Positions 50,446 to 59,550 of a stretch of 64,000 nucleotides of DNA are shown here, in pieces (within the stretch, counting starts at the first letter, position 1; the number at the start of each line of letters is the position of its first letter). The translations under genes were made by a program, and so were the position numbers. Source of the DNA: a virus. Taxonomy: Duplodnaviria; Heunggongvirae; Uroviricota; Caudoviricetes. The notes under the pieces were generated by a model that saw nothing but the letters and a program-made list of their open reading frames with translations, was not told the DNA's origin and ran no database searches. The stretch lies in IMG/VR virus record IMGVR_UViG_3300045049_000270, one strand, 5' to 3'.

Positions 50446-50840
50446 GTTGAGAGTACACGGTTACCTATAGCTGGCCTTTTGTTGGATTATGCTCACCCAC
50501 TCCCTCTTTTTTGGTGAGGTTCCCAACGTGTCCACTAGCAGCGATCGCTCCGCTAGTATCCAGCGCGACTGCCCTTTTAGACTGCAGGCATTGCAGTAAT
50601 GTTATGGCTACTTACCACCGTACTCGTGGCTGAACACGTCGAGCGCCATGTTCATTTAAGTCGCTTTATCACCATAACACCGAGTAAATGTCTAGTTGCC
50701 ATCTAGGCAACGCGCCCATCCCTTCGCGCTTGGTCACTGAGACCAAAGACTATATGGTTTACTCATAGTGCTTCACCCCGTATATGATGAAATACACATT
50801 GCCACTTCTTTTGCACACTTGAGTTCAGCGTGCTCTACAT
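50446..50840 (-). ncRNA. Candidate ~400-nt highly structured non-coding RNA
   Basis: No ORF >=60 aa; more than 10 helices, paired ends, G-U pairs favour the - strand; TAGAAT -10 immediately upstream. Confidence 0.65.
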
Positions 50841-50881
50841 CACAAACTCTATTCTACACATTTGGCAATTGGCAGCAAGCC

Positions 50882-51562
50882 TTACTTCTTTGAACGTGAA
50901 TTATACACGGCAAATTTTGAAAGCTTCTGACGGATTGAAACTTTGTTTTTGTTTGCTTCCTTACGTTCAGCTGCTACTTCATTCTTGATTTCATCATGTG
51001 TGGCGTTGAAGTCAACATTCAGTTGGGCCACAGTTTTCTTGAATTCATCTGTTGTCAAATCAGTGTAGAGATTGAAAGTTGAAACAAACGAATCCATTGC
51101 TTTTTTCAATCGACCAAGCCGTTTGATTTTCACTTTCTGTTCGATCTTTTCTTTTTCTTTGTCCTCAGACTTGGAAAGTATTTCTAATATCGCCTGTGTC
51201 GACATACGATCATAATCAATGTCTTTGAATACATAACGTAGTTCAAGATCGTAATATGATCGATAGTAGTTATAGCTGCCATGCCGTACGTTCTCGGTGA
51301 TGGTCAATTTGTCGATATTATCCAACAATGCTTTGGCTTCAGCATCGTCTTCGACTTCGAAGATAAGTGCATCTTTCATCTCATTATCGATTGATTCGCA
51401 CAGTGTCGCAAATTTATGGCGAGAATTATCTTCAAATACATTAAAATACTTGGCACCAGGTGCCAAATTATTAATTGTTTGAAAATTCAAACGCTTCTTA
51501 ATGTCAGCATATGAATATTTGCTAATAGTACCGCGAAATGGCAGGAAAACAAACAAATGCAT
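50882..51562 (-). CDS. 'FKL'-like domain plus coiled coil
   Basis: NLAPGAK and FEVEDDAEAKAL; paralogue of 48244 (NLCPGAK). Confidence 0.55.
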   Translation of the reverse strand: MHLFVFLPFRGTISKYSYADIKKRLNFQTINNLAPGAKYFNVFEDNSRHKFATLCESIDNEMKDALIFEVEDDAEAKALLDNIDKLTITENVRHGSYNYYRSYYDLELRYVFKDIDYDRMSTQAILEILSKSEDKEKEKIEQKVKIKRLGRLKKAMDSFVSTFNLYTDLTTDEFKKTVAQLNVDFNATHDEIKNEVAAERKEANKNKVSIRQKLSKFAVYNSRSKK

Positions 51563-51618
51563 TTGTAATTTTTATTGTCAGCATATGGTTATAGCCTGGG
51601 TCTGTGCCCAGGCACCCT

Positions 51619-52041
51619 TCAATTTTGAACTTGAGGGAAAAACTTCGGTAACAAAGTGATTGGTATGGTTGGGTTTATAAACTTAAACCCATGCTTGGCA
51701 ATGCAAGCGTTACTGTGAAACGGTTTTGCACCCTTCTCACGGTCAATACTCCACGTGATATGAAACGTACCAAAGTCTGGTCTGTATAATTCGCCATCGA
51801 TTTTTACAATCAAACATTGCACACGTTCATCGTCACAGGACACACCTACAACCTCACCAAACGTCTGGGTGGGTAAAGCGTAATCCGCAGTGACGCCAGT
51901 CTTGAGCGTCACGTGGTGAGCTATTACGTCAGGATACAGGGGAGCAATGATCTGAAGCAAAATTTCACGGTCAGAAGCTGGTAATTCCCATCCAACGTAA
52001 CCACGCTGTGGTTTTGGACCAGCTTTATTCACCTGCGTCAT
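51619..52041 (-). CDS. 2H phosphoesterase superfamily protein
   Basis: Two HxT motifs, HHVTL and FHITW. Confidence 0.7.
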   Translation of the reverse strand: MTQVNKAGPKPQRGYVGWELPASDREILLQIIAPLYPDVIAHHVTLKTGVTADYALPTQTFGEVVGVSCDDERVQCLIVKIDGELYRPDFGTFHITWSIDREKGAKPFHSNACIAKHGFKFINPTIPITLLPKFFPQVQN

Positions 52042-52586
52042 TGCTTCTCCAAACTCTTCAGATTTTTGTATTGTTGCACCGCCAAGTGAGCCTTGTCAAG
52101 GTCTTCTTGAGTTCGACAGTAGACGACTGGTTGGAATGCGTCAGCACTCACGCTTTCGATAATATCGGCAATGATACCCCAGTCACCATTTGCCAATCCT
52201 GCACCAATTAAAGGTAATCCGATTTCTGGGGTGTCACCAAGTCCATACCCATCTAATAACTTGATTGCATTTTCACATGCTTCTTGCACACCAGGATAAC
52301 TTACATATACAACATTGGGATCACGTCCATAGAACTCCTGTGTGATAGCGTTGAACACTACACGTTCGAGACCAGAAACAGTATCCACACCTTTAGCAGC
52401 AACAATTCCACCAACATTGAGACCATATTGCTGGTGGTAGTGCAAATATGCTTGATATGCGAAATCACAACGAATACGCATTGTCGCTGCAACTCCGGAC
52501 CCCATAACACCTTGTGCATTGCAACCGTGCATGACAATAAGACTACGGTGCTCAAACAGGTCGCCTATCACATACTTGATTTTCAT
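52038..52586 (-). CDS. Macro domain (ADP-ribose processing) protein
   Basis: GDLF, HGCNAQGVMGSGVA, NAITQ, LPLIGAGLANGDW. Confidence 0.88.
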   Translation of the reverse strand: MKIKYVIGDLFEHRSLIVMHGCNAQGVMGSGVAATMRIRCDFAYQAYLHYHQQYGLNVGGIVAAKGVDTVSGLERVVFNAITQEFYGRDPNVVYVSYPGVQEACENAIKLLDGYGLGDTPEIGLPLIGAGLANGDWGIIADIIESVSADAFQPVVYCRTQEDLDKAHLAVQQYKNLKSLEKQ

Positions 52587-52827
52587 TTCAACATTTTTCC
52601 TATTTCAGGTAACGCATTGATGTATTCTTCCTCAGTGAGGCAGGCTATACTTTCAATGCTATTTTCATTTACGAATTGGTTGCCGATCATTATAGCATTA
52701 TAGCCAAGCGGTTCTGACATTAAACCATGTACAATTCTACCCGATTGCATAAAAGCAATCGCATGAGTCTTACAACCATATCGTAGCATCGCATGAGCTG
52801 CAAGGATAACACTGTAATCAGTTTGCA

Positions 52828-53187
52828 TTATAACACTTCTAATTTAAATTGGATAGCAGTAGAAACATCTGCTATCGCAATAACTAATTCACTATATGCC
52901 ATTGCATCATATAGTGAATTGGTACCAATTAAAATTGTACCAATATACAATTCAGATGAATGCATGGTGGTGGTAGAAATCAAATAACCAGTTGGTAAAT
53001 CATTAGTTTTATCACGATATTGCAGAAAGCTATTATAGCTTGCGATAAATCCTGGTTCTCCTGATTTCAAATGCTTACTTGTATATTCATAAAAGCTAGG
53101 GATATTATGGCATATCCAAGTCATAGCATTGCGATATACATCTGAATTGATATTACCAGTCACATCTAAAGTTAATACTGTATTCAT
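52828..53187 (-). CDS. 'FKL' family member
   Basis: TWICHNI...IADVSTAIQFKL. Confidence 0.6.
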   Translation of the reverse strand: MNTVLTLDVTGNINSDVYRNAMTWICHNIPSFYEYTSKHLKSGEPGFIASYNSFLQYRDKTNDLPTGYLISTTTMHSSELYIGTILIGTNSLYDAMAYSELVIAIADVSTAIQFKLEVL

Positions 53188-53663
53188 GACAGCGCTAATT
53201 TATATAGAACCGCATCGGTTACTGAATTGAAGAACAATATAGTCTTCATTAAATAATGTCGATCTGAATAAGCCGATATCGTAACCCATCTTTCCCACCC
53301 AGGACCGTAATCATGGCAAACTTGATAGGGTAACCATGGATCATTAGTCAATTTCACGAGTTTATCCATTTCTTTCTGCCACAAAATAAGCGATTCTTGT
53401 AACGATAGATGAGTATGATCAATTACCAGTTCGAATTCTTTGAATTCGAACTCCTGATTTCGCCTAACAAAACGAGTAAATTTTGGCAGACTATTTTCAT
53501 TGAAATAGTTGTCACTGTCAACGTCTCTAGTTGTAATCGATGAAAATCCATCATATCCGTAAGTAGTGAATAAGAATTCATTCATCTTATCCAATTTGGA
53601 TAACATACCATCAGCACCCGACCATACTAAATCAATTCTAGACCGTTCGTCCATTTCATTCAC
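53184..53663 (-). CDS. 'FKL' family member
   Basis: YGPGW...FNSVTDAVLYKL. Confidence 0.6.
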   Translation of the reverse strand: MNEMDERSRIDLVWSGADGMLSKLDKMNEFLFTTYGYDGFSSITTRDVDSDNYFNENSLPKFTRFVRRNQEFEFKEFELVIDHTHLSLQESLILWQKEMDKLVKLTNDPWLPYQVCHDYGPGWERWVTISAYSDRHYLMKTILFFNSVTDAVLYKLALS

Positions 53664-54147
53664 CAGAAAAAATCAACTTGAAGGCGCAACCATCTACCGC
53701 ATTATCAAAGAAAACAATCTGGCTGCAATGATATTGACCATCATACGAAATCGTACAAAAACGCTCCCATCCTGGACCAAAATCACGGTTTATGTTGTAT
53801 GGTCGAGATCTCTTGAAATGAATATACGGCAACAGTAATCCCATATATTCATTCCATTTTCTAACATATTCATGATCAATTACTTTATCACGAGCCATAC
53901 TGATTCTATGTTGCTCACCATCCAGGTGATAACATGAAAAATCATAAATGTTTCGATCAGCCGTAACTGTCATCTTGCTGTTTTCATAAAATAAATCAAA
54001 TTCCCCCAATATATTTGAAGGGCGCACGATTTTGGTGTAACTCTCGTAATAACCATTAGACCCTAAGTTATCAAACAACCAACGATTATACTCGTCATGT
54101 GGTACACCAAATTCAGTCTGCTTTGAAGCACAATATCTTTCACTCAT
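53656..54147 (-). CDS. 'FKL' family member
   Basis: WLFDNLG...FGPGW...FDNAVDGCAFKL. Confidence 0.6.
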   Translation of the reverse strand: MSERYCASKQTEFGVPHDEYNRWLFDNLGSNGYYESYTKIVRPSNILGEFDLFYENSKMTVTADRNIYDFSCYHLDGEQHRISMARDKVIDHEYVRKWNEYMGLLLPYIHFKRSRPYNINRDFGPGWERFCTISYDGQYHCSQIVFFDNAVDGCAFKLIFSGE

Positions 54148-54485
54148 GATAATATCAACTTTAATTGAACAGCCAATACATCATCATCAATCAGCACATC
54201 AATATGATAATTATGACCTTTTGAAATAGACTTCACCACTCGCCACCCAGGACCACACATCAGCTTTAATCGAGTAACATCATTAGGCAAACTCACTCCA
54301 AGCCATTCAGCATACAAAATACGACATTCAGGCCAATACGCACTGTGATTATCACTGCTATATTCGGAACCATTAATCCTATACTCAATCATACCCAAGC
54401 GCTGAGATAACCACTCCACAATACAATTACTATCAACAATCCACTTATGGTGTAATTCATGTTTTATTCTTATACGATTCTTCAC
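54144..54485 (-). CDS. 'FKL' family member
   Basis: WLSQRLG...CGPGW...IDDDVLAVQLKL. Confidence 0.6.
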   Translation of the reverse strand: MKNRIRIKHELHHKWIVDSNCIVEWLSQRLGMIEYRINGSEYSSDNHSAYWPECRILYAEWLGVSLPNDVTRLKLMCGPGWRVVKSISKGHNYHIDVLIDDDVLAVQLKLILS

Positions 54486-54486
54486 G

Positions 54487-54560
54487 ATAATTCATGGAGG
54501 TTAATGAGTATGTCGCCTACTGGCTCTATCAGATACTTGTGTCAAACCCAGAGAGAACTC
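54487..54560. repeat. Intergenic structured repeat, copy A
   Basis: ATAATTCATGGAGGTTAnTGAnnATGT...TGTCAAACCCAGnnAGAACTC shared with 56035-56106. Confidence 0.75.
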
Positions 54561-54565
54561 GCGAT

Positions 54566-54925
54566 TTATGAAAATAATAATTTTGCTTGAACCGCAAACG
54601 TGGAATCACTAACAAATACCGAACACAAATATTTGTATTTTGAGAAAACTGTACGATGCTCACGAACCAATATCCATCCATCACCATATTCAATTGTAAC
54701 CGCATCTGGTTGTTCAACAAGATTACCAAATAATTCGATATATTTGGTTTTCATCTGCTCCCAAGAAATAAACTCGGTATTTTCCTGACAAAAAGATAAA
54801 GTAGTCGAAGCCGAGAATACTCTCTCGATATATGAACCGACATTATCTATGAGCCAATCCTTCGTATCATTTGACTTAGTCACGTAATCAATTACGTCAT
54901 TGAAATGGAGAGTAAATGAATGCAT
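54566..54925 (-). CDS. 'FKL' family member
   Basis: WLIDNVG...YGDGW...VSDSTFAVQAKL. Confidence 0.6.
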   Translation of the reverse strand: MHSFTLHFNDVIDYVTKSNDTKDWLIDNVGSYIERVFSASTTLSFCQENTEFISWEQMKTKYIELFGNLVEQPDAVTIEYGDGWILVREHRTVFSKYKYLCSVFVSDSTFAVQAKLLFS

Positions 54926-54926
54926 A

Positions 54927-55265
54927 TCAAGAAAATAATAGTTTCGATTGAACTGCTAACACATCATCGTCGATGCAGGTATGAAATTCTAAAAAAGCCT
55001 GTCTACCACCATTCATTCGTTTATAATGAAGTTCAAGAATAACAGCCCACCCTTTACCATATGTGATGGTGATAGAAGTTGATTCAAGCTTTTTATTCAT
55101 TAATTTTTGATACGATTCCTCTGCAACTGACCATTCATGTGAATCAAAACAAAAGATTTGAATTGTCTTTTGAACATATCCAACATTCATTTGTAGCCAT
55201 TCGTGCAATACTCTTATCTTGTTGTCAAATTCAGCATCAGTTGAATTAAGAGTGAATACATTCAT
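54927..55265 (-). CDS. 'FKL' family member
   Basis: WLQMNVG...YGKGW...IDDDVLAVQSKL. Confidence 0.6.
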   Translation of the reverse strand: MNVFTLNSTDAEFDNKIRVLHEWLQMNVGYVQKTIQIFCFDSHEWSVAEESYQKLMNKKLESTSITITYGKGWAVILELHYKRMNGGRQAFLEFHTCIDDDVLAVQSKLLFS

Positions 55266-55633
55266 GATAGTACCAACCTAGCTTGAACTCCCATCGAAAT
55301 ATCATTAATTAATATCGTAATCAAATACAAAGGGTCACCACCAATCTTACCAAGGTATTCCCTGATAACTACCCATCCATCACCATATTGAATGACCATA
55401 ACAGTAGAACGCGTGTCTTCACCAATTAATTCCCTATATGTTGAACATATTTCAGACCATGGAATGCTATCTGCATAGATATCTTCTTTATATTCTAAAG
55501 AACCAACAGAAGACGAAACACGATTCAATTCATCACCAACATTTGAAATCAGCCAAGCATTAACTTCATAGCTTTTGTCTATATAACGATATAGATTATT
55601 CTGGCTAATCGTAAAACTATTCATTTCATTCAC
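55262..55633 (-). CDS. 'FKL' family member
   Basis: WLISNVG...YGDGW...INDISMGVQARL. Confidence 0.6.
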   Translation of the reverse strand: MNEMNSFTISQNNLYRYIDKSYEVNAWLISNVGDELNRVSSSVGSLEYKEDIYADSIPWSEICSTYRELIGEDTRSTVMVIQYGDGWVVIREYLGKIGGDPLYLITILINDISMGVQARLVLS

Positions 55634-55634
55634 A

Positions 55635-56021
55635 CTATAATGAACTAGCTATTAATTTCAACTCGACAGCAATAACATCGTCACTATCTGGAATATGAAC
55701 AAACACTCGACGCTTGCAAATATAATTGTGCTTATCCAACCAACAAACAAGAGCAATACAGTAACCGGAACTATAAGGAGTATCAATTGCCCAAATGCGC
55801 CAAGCATCAGATATATCCTCTCGACTAACACCACATTTGTCCAATGCCTTCTTCATGTCATCGTCAAACCGAGAACTCACATAATTATTGTGATCACGTA
55901 CCCAATGCACATTATCAACACCAGTTGTGTCTTTATACTTCTGCCACAACCACGATGCAACACTTCGAAAAAACCCCTTTTCATGAGGAGAAGCATGGTT
56001 ATAAACCAATTCAAAGTTCAT
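55635..56021 (-). CDS. 'FKL' family member
   Basis: SWLWQ...SDDVIAVELKL. Confidence 0.6.
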   Translation of the reverse strand: MNFELVYNHASPHEKGFFRSVASWLWQKYKDTTGVDNVHWVRDHNNYVSSRFDDDMKKALDKCGVSREDISDAWRIWAIDTPYSSGYCIALVCWLDKHNYICKRRVFVHIPDSDDVIAVELKLIASSL

Positions 56022-56034
56022 ATCTTTTCAACGA

Positions 56035-56106
56035 ATAATTCATGGAGGTTACTGATCATGTTAGGGAGGAACCCTTCACGGATGATGTCAAACCCAGGCA
56101 GAACTC
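56035..56106. repeat. Intergenic structured repeat, copy B
   Basis: Same arms as copy A with a different central segment. Confidence 0.75.
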
Positions 56107-56539
56107 ACAAAATATCAGCTGCTACCAATTTAAATTTCACTGCATCACTAACCGTTAGAAAATCAAGTACGATGAAATCAGACCACGATTCAGGTATACC
56201 AAACCGACCTGGTGCATTGCTGGCAATACTGCTTATACGAATACAGTCACTAAGCCACATATTTGCGTAAGCTATATAATATCCATCAGCAAATGTCGAG
56301 ACATCCCATTTTATCGTGTCAATTGCTCTAATTGTTTCGTCAACGACCCACCAATAAGCCTCAAACGTGCATTCAAACTGTTCACACACTCTATCATGTA
56401 AACATTCAAGCTTATTTTCTAATTCTGTTCCATCCATATCACCCAACGATACAACAATACGTTGCATATTTGAATGTTCACCAGAGGGCGGCCATATTGG
56501 CCAAGCTCTGCTTGTTTCTGTTTTATCGATTTTGTTCAT
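56105..56539 (-). CDS. 'FKL' family member
   Basis: FLTVSDAVKFKL. Confidence 0.55.
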   Translation of the reverse strand: MNKIDKTETSRAWPIWPPSGEHSNMQRIVVSLGDMDGTELENKLECLHDRVCEQFECTFEAYWWVVDETIRAIDTIKWDVSTFADGYYIAYANMWLSDCIRISSIASNAPGRFGIPESWSDFIVLDFLTVSDAVKFKLVAADIL

Positions 56540-56620
56540 ATGAATCTTCTAGCCACAAGAATGGCACTAATCAGTGCCATTCTAACATATTGCCAGTAGA
56601 TGCTTACGTGCAGAATACCA

Positions 56621-57013
56621 TTATTCGTCTAGTTCATTGTCTTCAAAATCTGTCCAATTGTGCCAAATTAGCCTGAATAGTAAGGCAAGTGTTTCATCAT
56701 CAAAAGAAAACAATGAAGACGTCAAATTTTGCGTCACTGCGGGGATAGCAATCGTCACTTTATGCACTTCCTCAAAATACCAGCCATCCCCTACAATCGT
56801 CTTATAGTGCTTGTAATCGCCATCGTCCGCAGTGACTTTAGTAATATGATAAAAATCAACATTGCAGTCAAATTGCTCATCCGACCGCAACTTGTAGCAT
56901 TGATAGTTGATTGATGATTTTGAGTTAGTCTGGAGCTCTAGCCACTTCACCAACCGTTTGGCATGATACCCTGAAGAGTGTGGATGGGCTAGATAATCAA
57001 ATTTGATCGACAT
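56621..57013 (-). CDS. 'FKL' family member
   Basis: KWLE...VGDGW...FDDETLALLFRL. Confidence 0.6.
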   Translation of the reverse strand: MSIKFDYLAHPHSSGYHAKRLVKWLELQTNSKSSINYQCYKLRSDEQFDCNVDFYHITKVTADDGDYKHYKTIVGDGWYFEEVHKVTIAIPAVTQNLTSSLFSFDDETLALLFRLIWHNWTDFEDNELDE

Positions 57014-57049
57014 GGCTAATCTCAGAACAAGACTAGCCAGTCTAACACA

Positions 57050-57517
57050 TTATGCCAATTTGGCGTGAACTTCTTTGGTGAGCGCTTCGATTCGCTCGCT
57101 CAAGTCTTTGATTGTTTGAGTCAACTCTGTATTTTGTGCCAATAATTGCATGACTTGCTCTTGACGCTTCAAGTTTTCTTGCGCCAATTCTTCTCTATGT
57201 TGTGCATCCGCATCTGCGTGCGCCTTGTCACGATCGGCTTGGCGCGTCTGGGCCAATAAGATTAAAGGTGCAGCATATGCAGCTTGCAAACTAAATGCTA
57301 AGTTCAGTAGAATGAATGGATATGGGTCGAATTTGGTCCAGCCCATTATATTCACGAACATCCAGGCGAACACGACGAACGTTTGGCCGATCAGGAATGT
57401 TGGTGTTCCGAAGAAACGAGCAAATGCTTCGGCCTTGAGGGCAAACCAATCATCGCCAAATACAGTTGATAGATGTAGGTGTGGTAAATGAAAACGAAAA
57501 TGATGTTTTTCGGACAT
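57050..57517 (-). CDS. DUF1003 family membrane protein
   Basis: FDPYPFILLNLAFSLQAAYAAPLILLAQTRQADRD. Confidence 0.88.
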   Translation of the reverse strand: MSEKHHFRFHLPHLHLSTVFGDDWFALKAEAFARFFGTPTFLIGQTFVVFAWMFVNIMGWTKFDPYPFILLNLAFSLQAAYAAPLILLAQTRQADRDKAHADADAQHREELAQENLKRQEQVMQLLAQNTELTQTIKDLSERIEALTKEVHAKLA

Positions 57518-57592
57518 GGCAAAACTCCCCGCTAAATTTACCACTATTTATGGTAACTCAGCAGGGAGTTTTGCTTAAATGAACAGCTTGAA

Positions 57593-58039
57593 TTAAAACA
57601 CGTTGCGCATGCTGATTGCTTTGTCGAATGTGCTATCTTGCATGCCATCCGCATACACAACAACAATCTTACGGCCAATTTTGCCTTTTTCGTCATTCCA
57701 GACTTGTTCCTTCACTAACATAACTGCAATGTTACCGTAAGAATCGTTTTTCTTGTAGAATACTTGGTTGATCTTGTAACCATTTCCTTCGAGTGAGCAG
57801 ATTGTGTTTGCTTGCTTGTCGGTCATTTGCGTGAGCAAGCGATCATATTTTGCATTGTTGCGCGCGACGCGCTCGCGGCGACGTTGCATTTCTGCTCGAG
57901 CCATCTCTCGCAGTGCAGCATCTAGACTATCCGGATTGTTAAGCAGCAGATCGATCAGGGCACGCAGTTGACGTTCTTCGCTAACCATCTTGCTCTCCGT
58001 GTTGTTTACCATGTATCGTATTCTACATTCATTTGGCAA
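57593..58039 (-). CDS. Hypothetical protein
   Basis: ORF; likely start MVSEE after GGAG. Confidence 0.55.
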   Translation of the reverse strand: MPNECRIRYMVNNTESKMVSEERQLRALIDLLLNNPDSLDAALREMARAEMQRRRERVARNNAKYDRLLTQMTDKQANTICSLEGNGYKINQVFYKKNDSYGNIAVMLVKEQVWNDEKGKIGRKIVVVYADGMQDSTFDKAISMRNVF

Positions 58040-58053
58040 ACAGTCAATAGTTT

Positions 58054-58464
58054 TCAGAGGCCACTCAACACTAATTTGGTTTCGACCGCAAACACGTCGT
58101 CTTCAATATACAGAAGATCACTACGTCGCAAATAATTCTTTACGCCTTGAAGATGATCACGTTTATAAAGATCATAGTAGTTGATAGCTACCAGTTTCCA
58201 TGTATTGGCTATACGAATTCGTTCTTCTCGATATGAACCAACCGCAAATATCCGATGAGATTCTTCACCCATTTCATATTCGCAATCTAATTCTTCACCA
58301 ATTAAGACATCATTTTCATCATAATGTAATCTAAAATGTCTTACTGTATTTGTATGCGGGGCGTCGCGTTCTCGCAACCATTTAATGATGTTAAATTTCT
58401 TCATCAAATGGCGATATAATCTCGAGTCCTCATTGATATTGTTGTTAAGATCGATAATATTCAT
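58054..58464 (-). CDS. 'FKL' family member
   Basis: KWLRE...IEDDVFAVETKL. Confidence 0.6.
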   Translation of the reverse strand: MNIIDLNNNINEDSRLYRHLMKKFNIIKWLRERDAPHTNTVRHFRLHYDENDVLIGEELDCEYEMGEESHRIFAVGSYREERIRIANTWKLVAINYYDLYKRDHLQGVKNYLRRSDLLYIEDDVFAVETKLVLSGL

Positions 58465-58832
58465 TATATTGTTAATTTGAAAAGTACAGCATCTGTATCA
58501 TCTTCAAACTCCATAATCCATTCGTACGGCCCAAGTTCCAATCTTCCATCCGTGTAACGATCTATATCTTGAGTTTGAATAAAACGGATTTTGTCGTCAC
58601 CGATTATAAGTCGCCGAATATACTTACCAGGAGATTCAGGAGGGTCTTCCGACCAACCCATCTTAGATTCTACTTTGATTACTGTTTGATTGTCATCAAG
58701 ATGAACCAGTTCCATAATCCGTTCATAATTTGAAACATTAGCATAAACCCATTGCTTTGCTTCGTGAATTTGCTTGATAACATCGTAAAACACATTTGAT
58801 CTTCGTAGAATCTTATATTTGATCATAGTCAA
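58464..58832 (-). CDS. 'FKL' family member
   Basis: QWVYANV...FEDDTDAVLFKL. Confidence 0.6.
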   Translation of the reverse strand: MTMIKYKILRRSNVFYDVIKQIHEAKQWVYANVSNYERIMELVHLDDNQTVIKVESKMGWSEDPPESPGKYIRRLIIGDDKIRFIQTQDIDRYTDGRLELGPYEWIMEFEDDTDAVLFKLTI

Positions 58833-59491
58833 AGAACATCAAAATCAATTATGGTTAATTTTTTACCATAAACTGCACCTGTGTCAATATACAGCAAATT
58901 ACCAAGTGCCAATACATCAGTGACTGGCGTATGACCAACAATCAGTTTGTATAGTCCTTCAACATTCGTTGAATCTCGATATTGAATCCGATCACGATCC
59001 CACTGACAATGCTCAACAATATGAGGAGCATACATACCAGATTGAAGCATATTCATCAATGTTGACCAACTAGTATATGGACAATCTGCATGAACTATAC
59101 CGATTAAGCCTTTATCAGTTTCAACTTCAAGAGCAATTGGTAATTTCGCAAGACTTTTCGCAATCCGTTCTCGAGTTTCCAAATCAGAATTAATGAACCA
59201 CGTACCACCATTTGATTTGTAAAGGTTCACATTGCAACGACCACGAGTATAATCTATCGCCATTCTGTCATGATTACCTTGAACCGCATGAAACCACGGT
59301 TTTTCTAAGAACTCTTCAACTCGATAGCTTTCGGCACCACGATCAACAAGATCACCAACTGAAAACAGACGATCAGTTTCTGGATTGAATCCAATTTGCT
59401 TTAATCTAGCTTCTAGAAGAGAATAACAACCATGTAGGTCGCCAACTGCATAATCCTTGCCTAGTATATTCTTTTCATAATGTTCAAACAT
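58829..59491 (-). CDS. Ser/Thr protein phosphatase (lambda NinI/PphA-like)
   Basis: GDLHG, GDLVDRG, GNHD, HAD, GHTP, IDTGA. Confidence 0.92.
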   Translation of the reverse strand: MFEHYEKNILGKDYAVGDLHGCYSLLEARLKQIGFNPETDRLFSVGDLVDRGAESYRVEEFLEKPWFHAVQGNHDRMAIDYTRGRCNVNLYKSNGGTWFINSDLETRERIAKSLAKLPIALEVETDKGLIGIVHADCPYTSWSTLMNMLQSGMYAPHIVEHCQWDRDRIQYRDSTNVEGLYKLIVGHTPVTDVLALGNLLYIDTGAVYGKKLTIIDFDVL

Positions 59492-59550
59492 AGGGGTCTC
59501 TTTTATTATGCTGCCCCACTACAATCAGTAATTGAAGCGAGGATACTTAC

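Noticed and set aside
50446-50840. tmRNA or RNase P RNA
   Set aside because: No tRNA-like ends or tag ORF, and no GAGGAAAGUCC motif.
54487-56106. Integron attC sites or CRISPR repeats
   Set aside because: GTT/AAC order is opposite to attC, there are only two copies 1.5 kb apart, and no integrase or cas gene is in the window.
55695-56270. 191-aa + strand ORF and other antisense ORFs in the track (e.g. 12780, 37874, 42551)
   Set aside because: Shadows of better-supported genes on the opposite strand, with no motifs or RBS.
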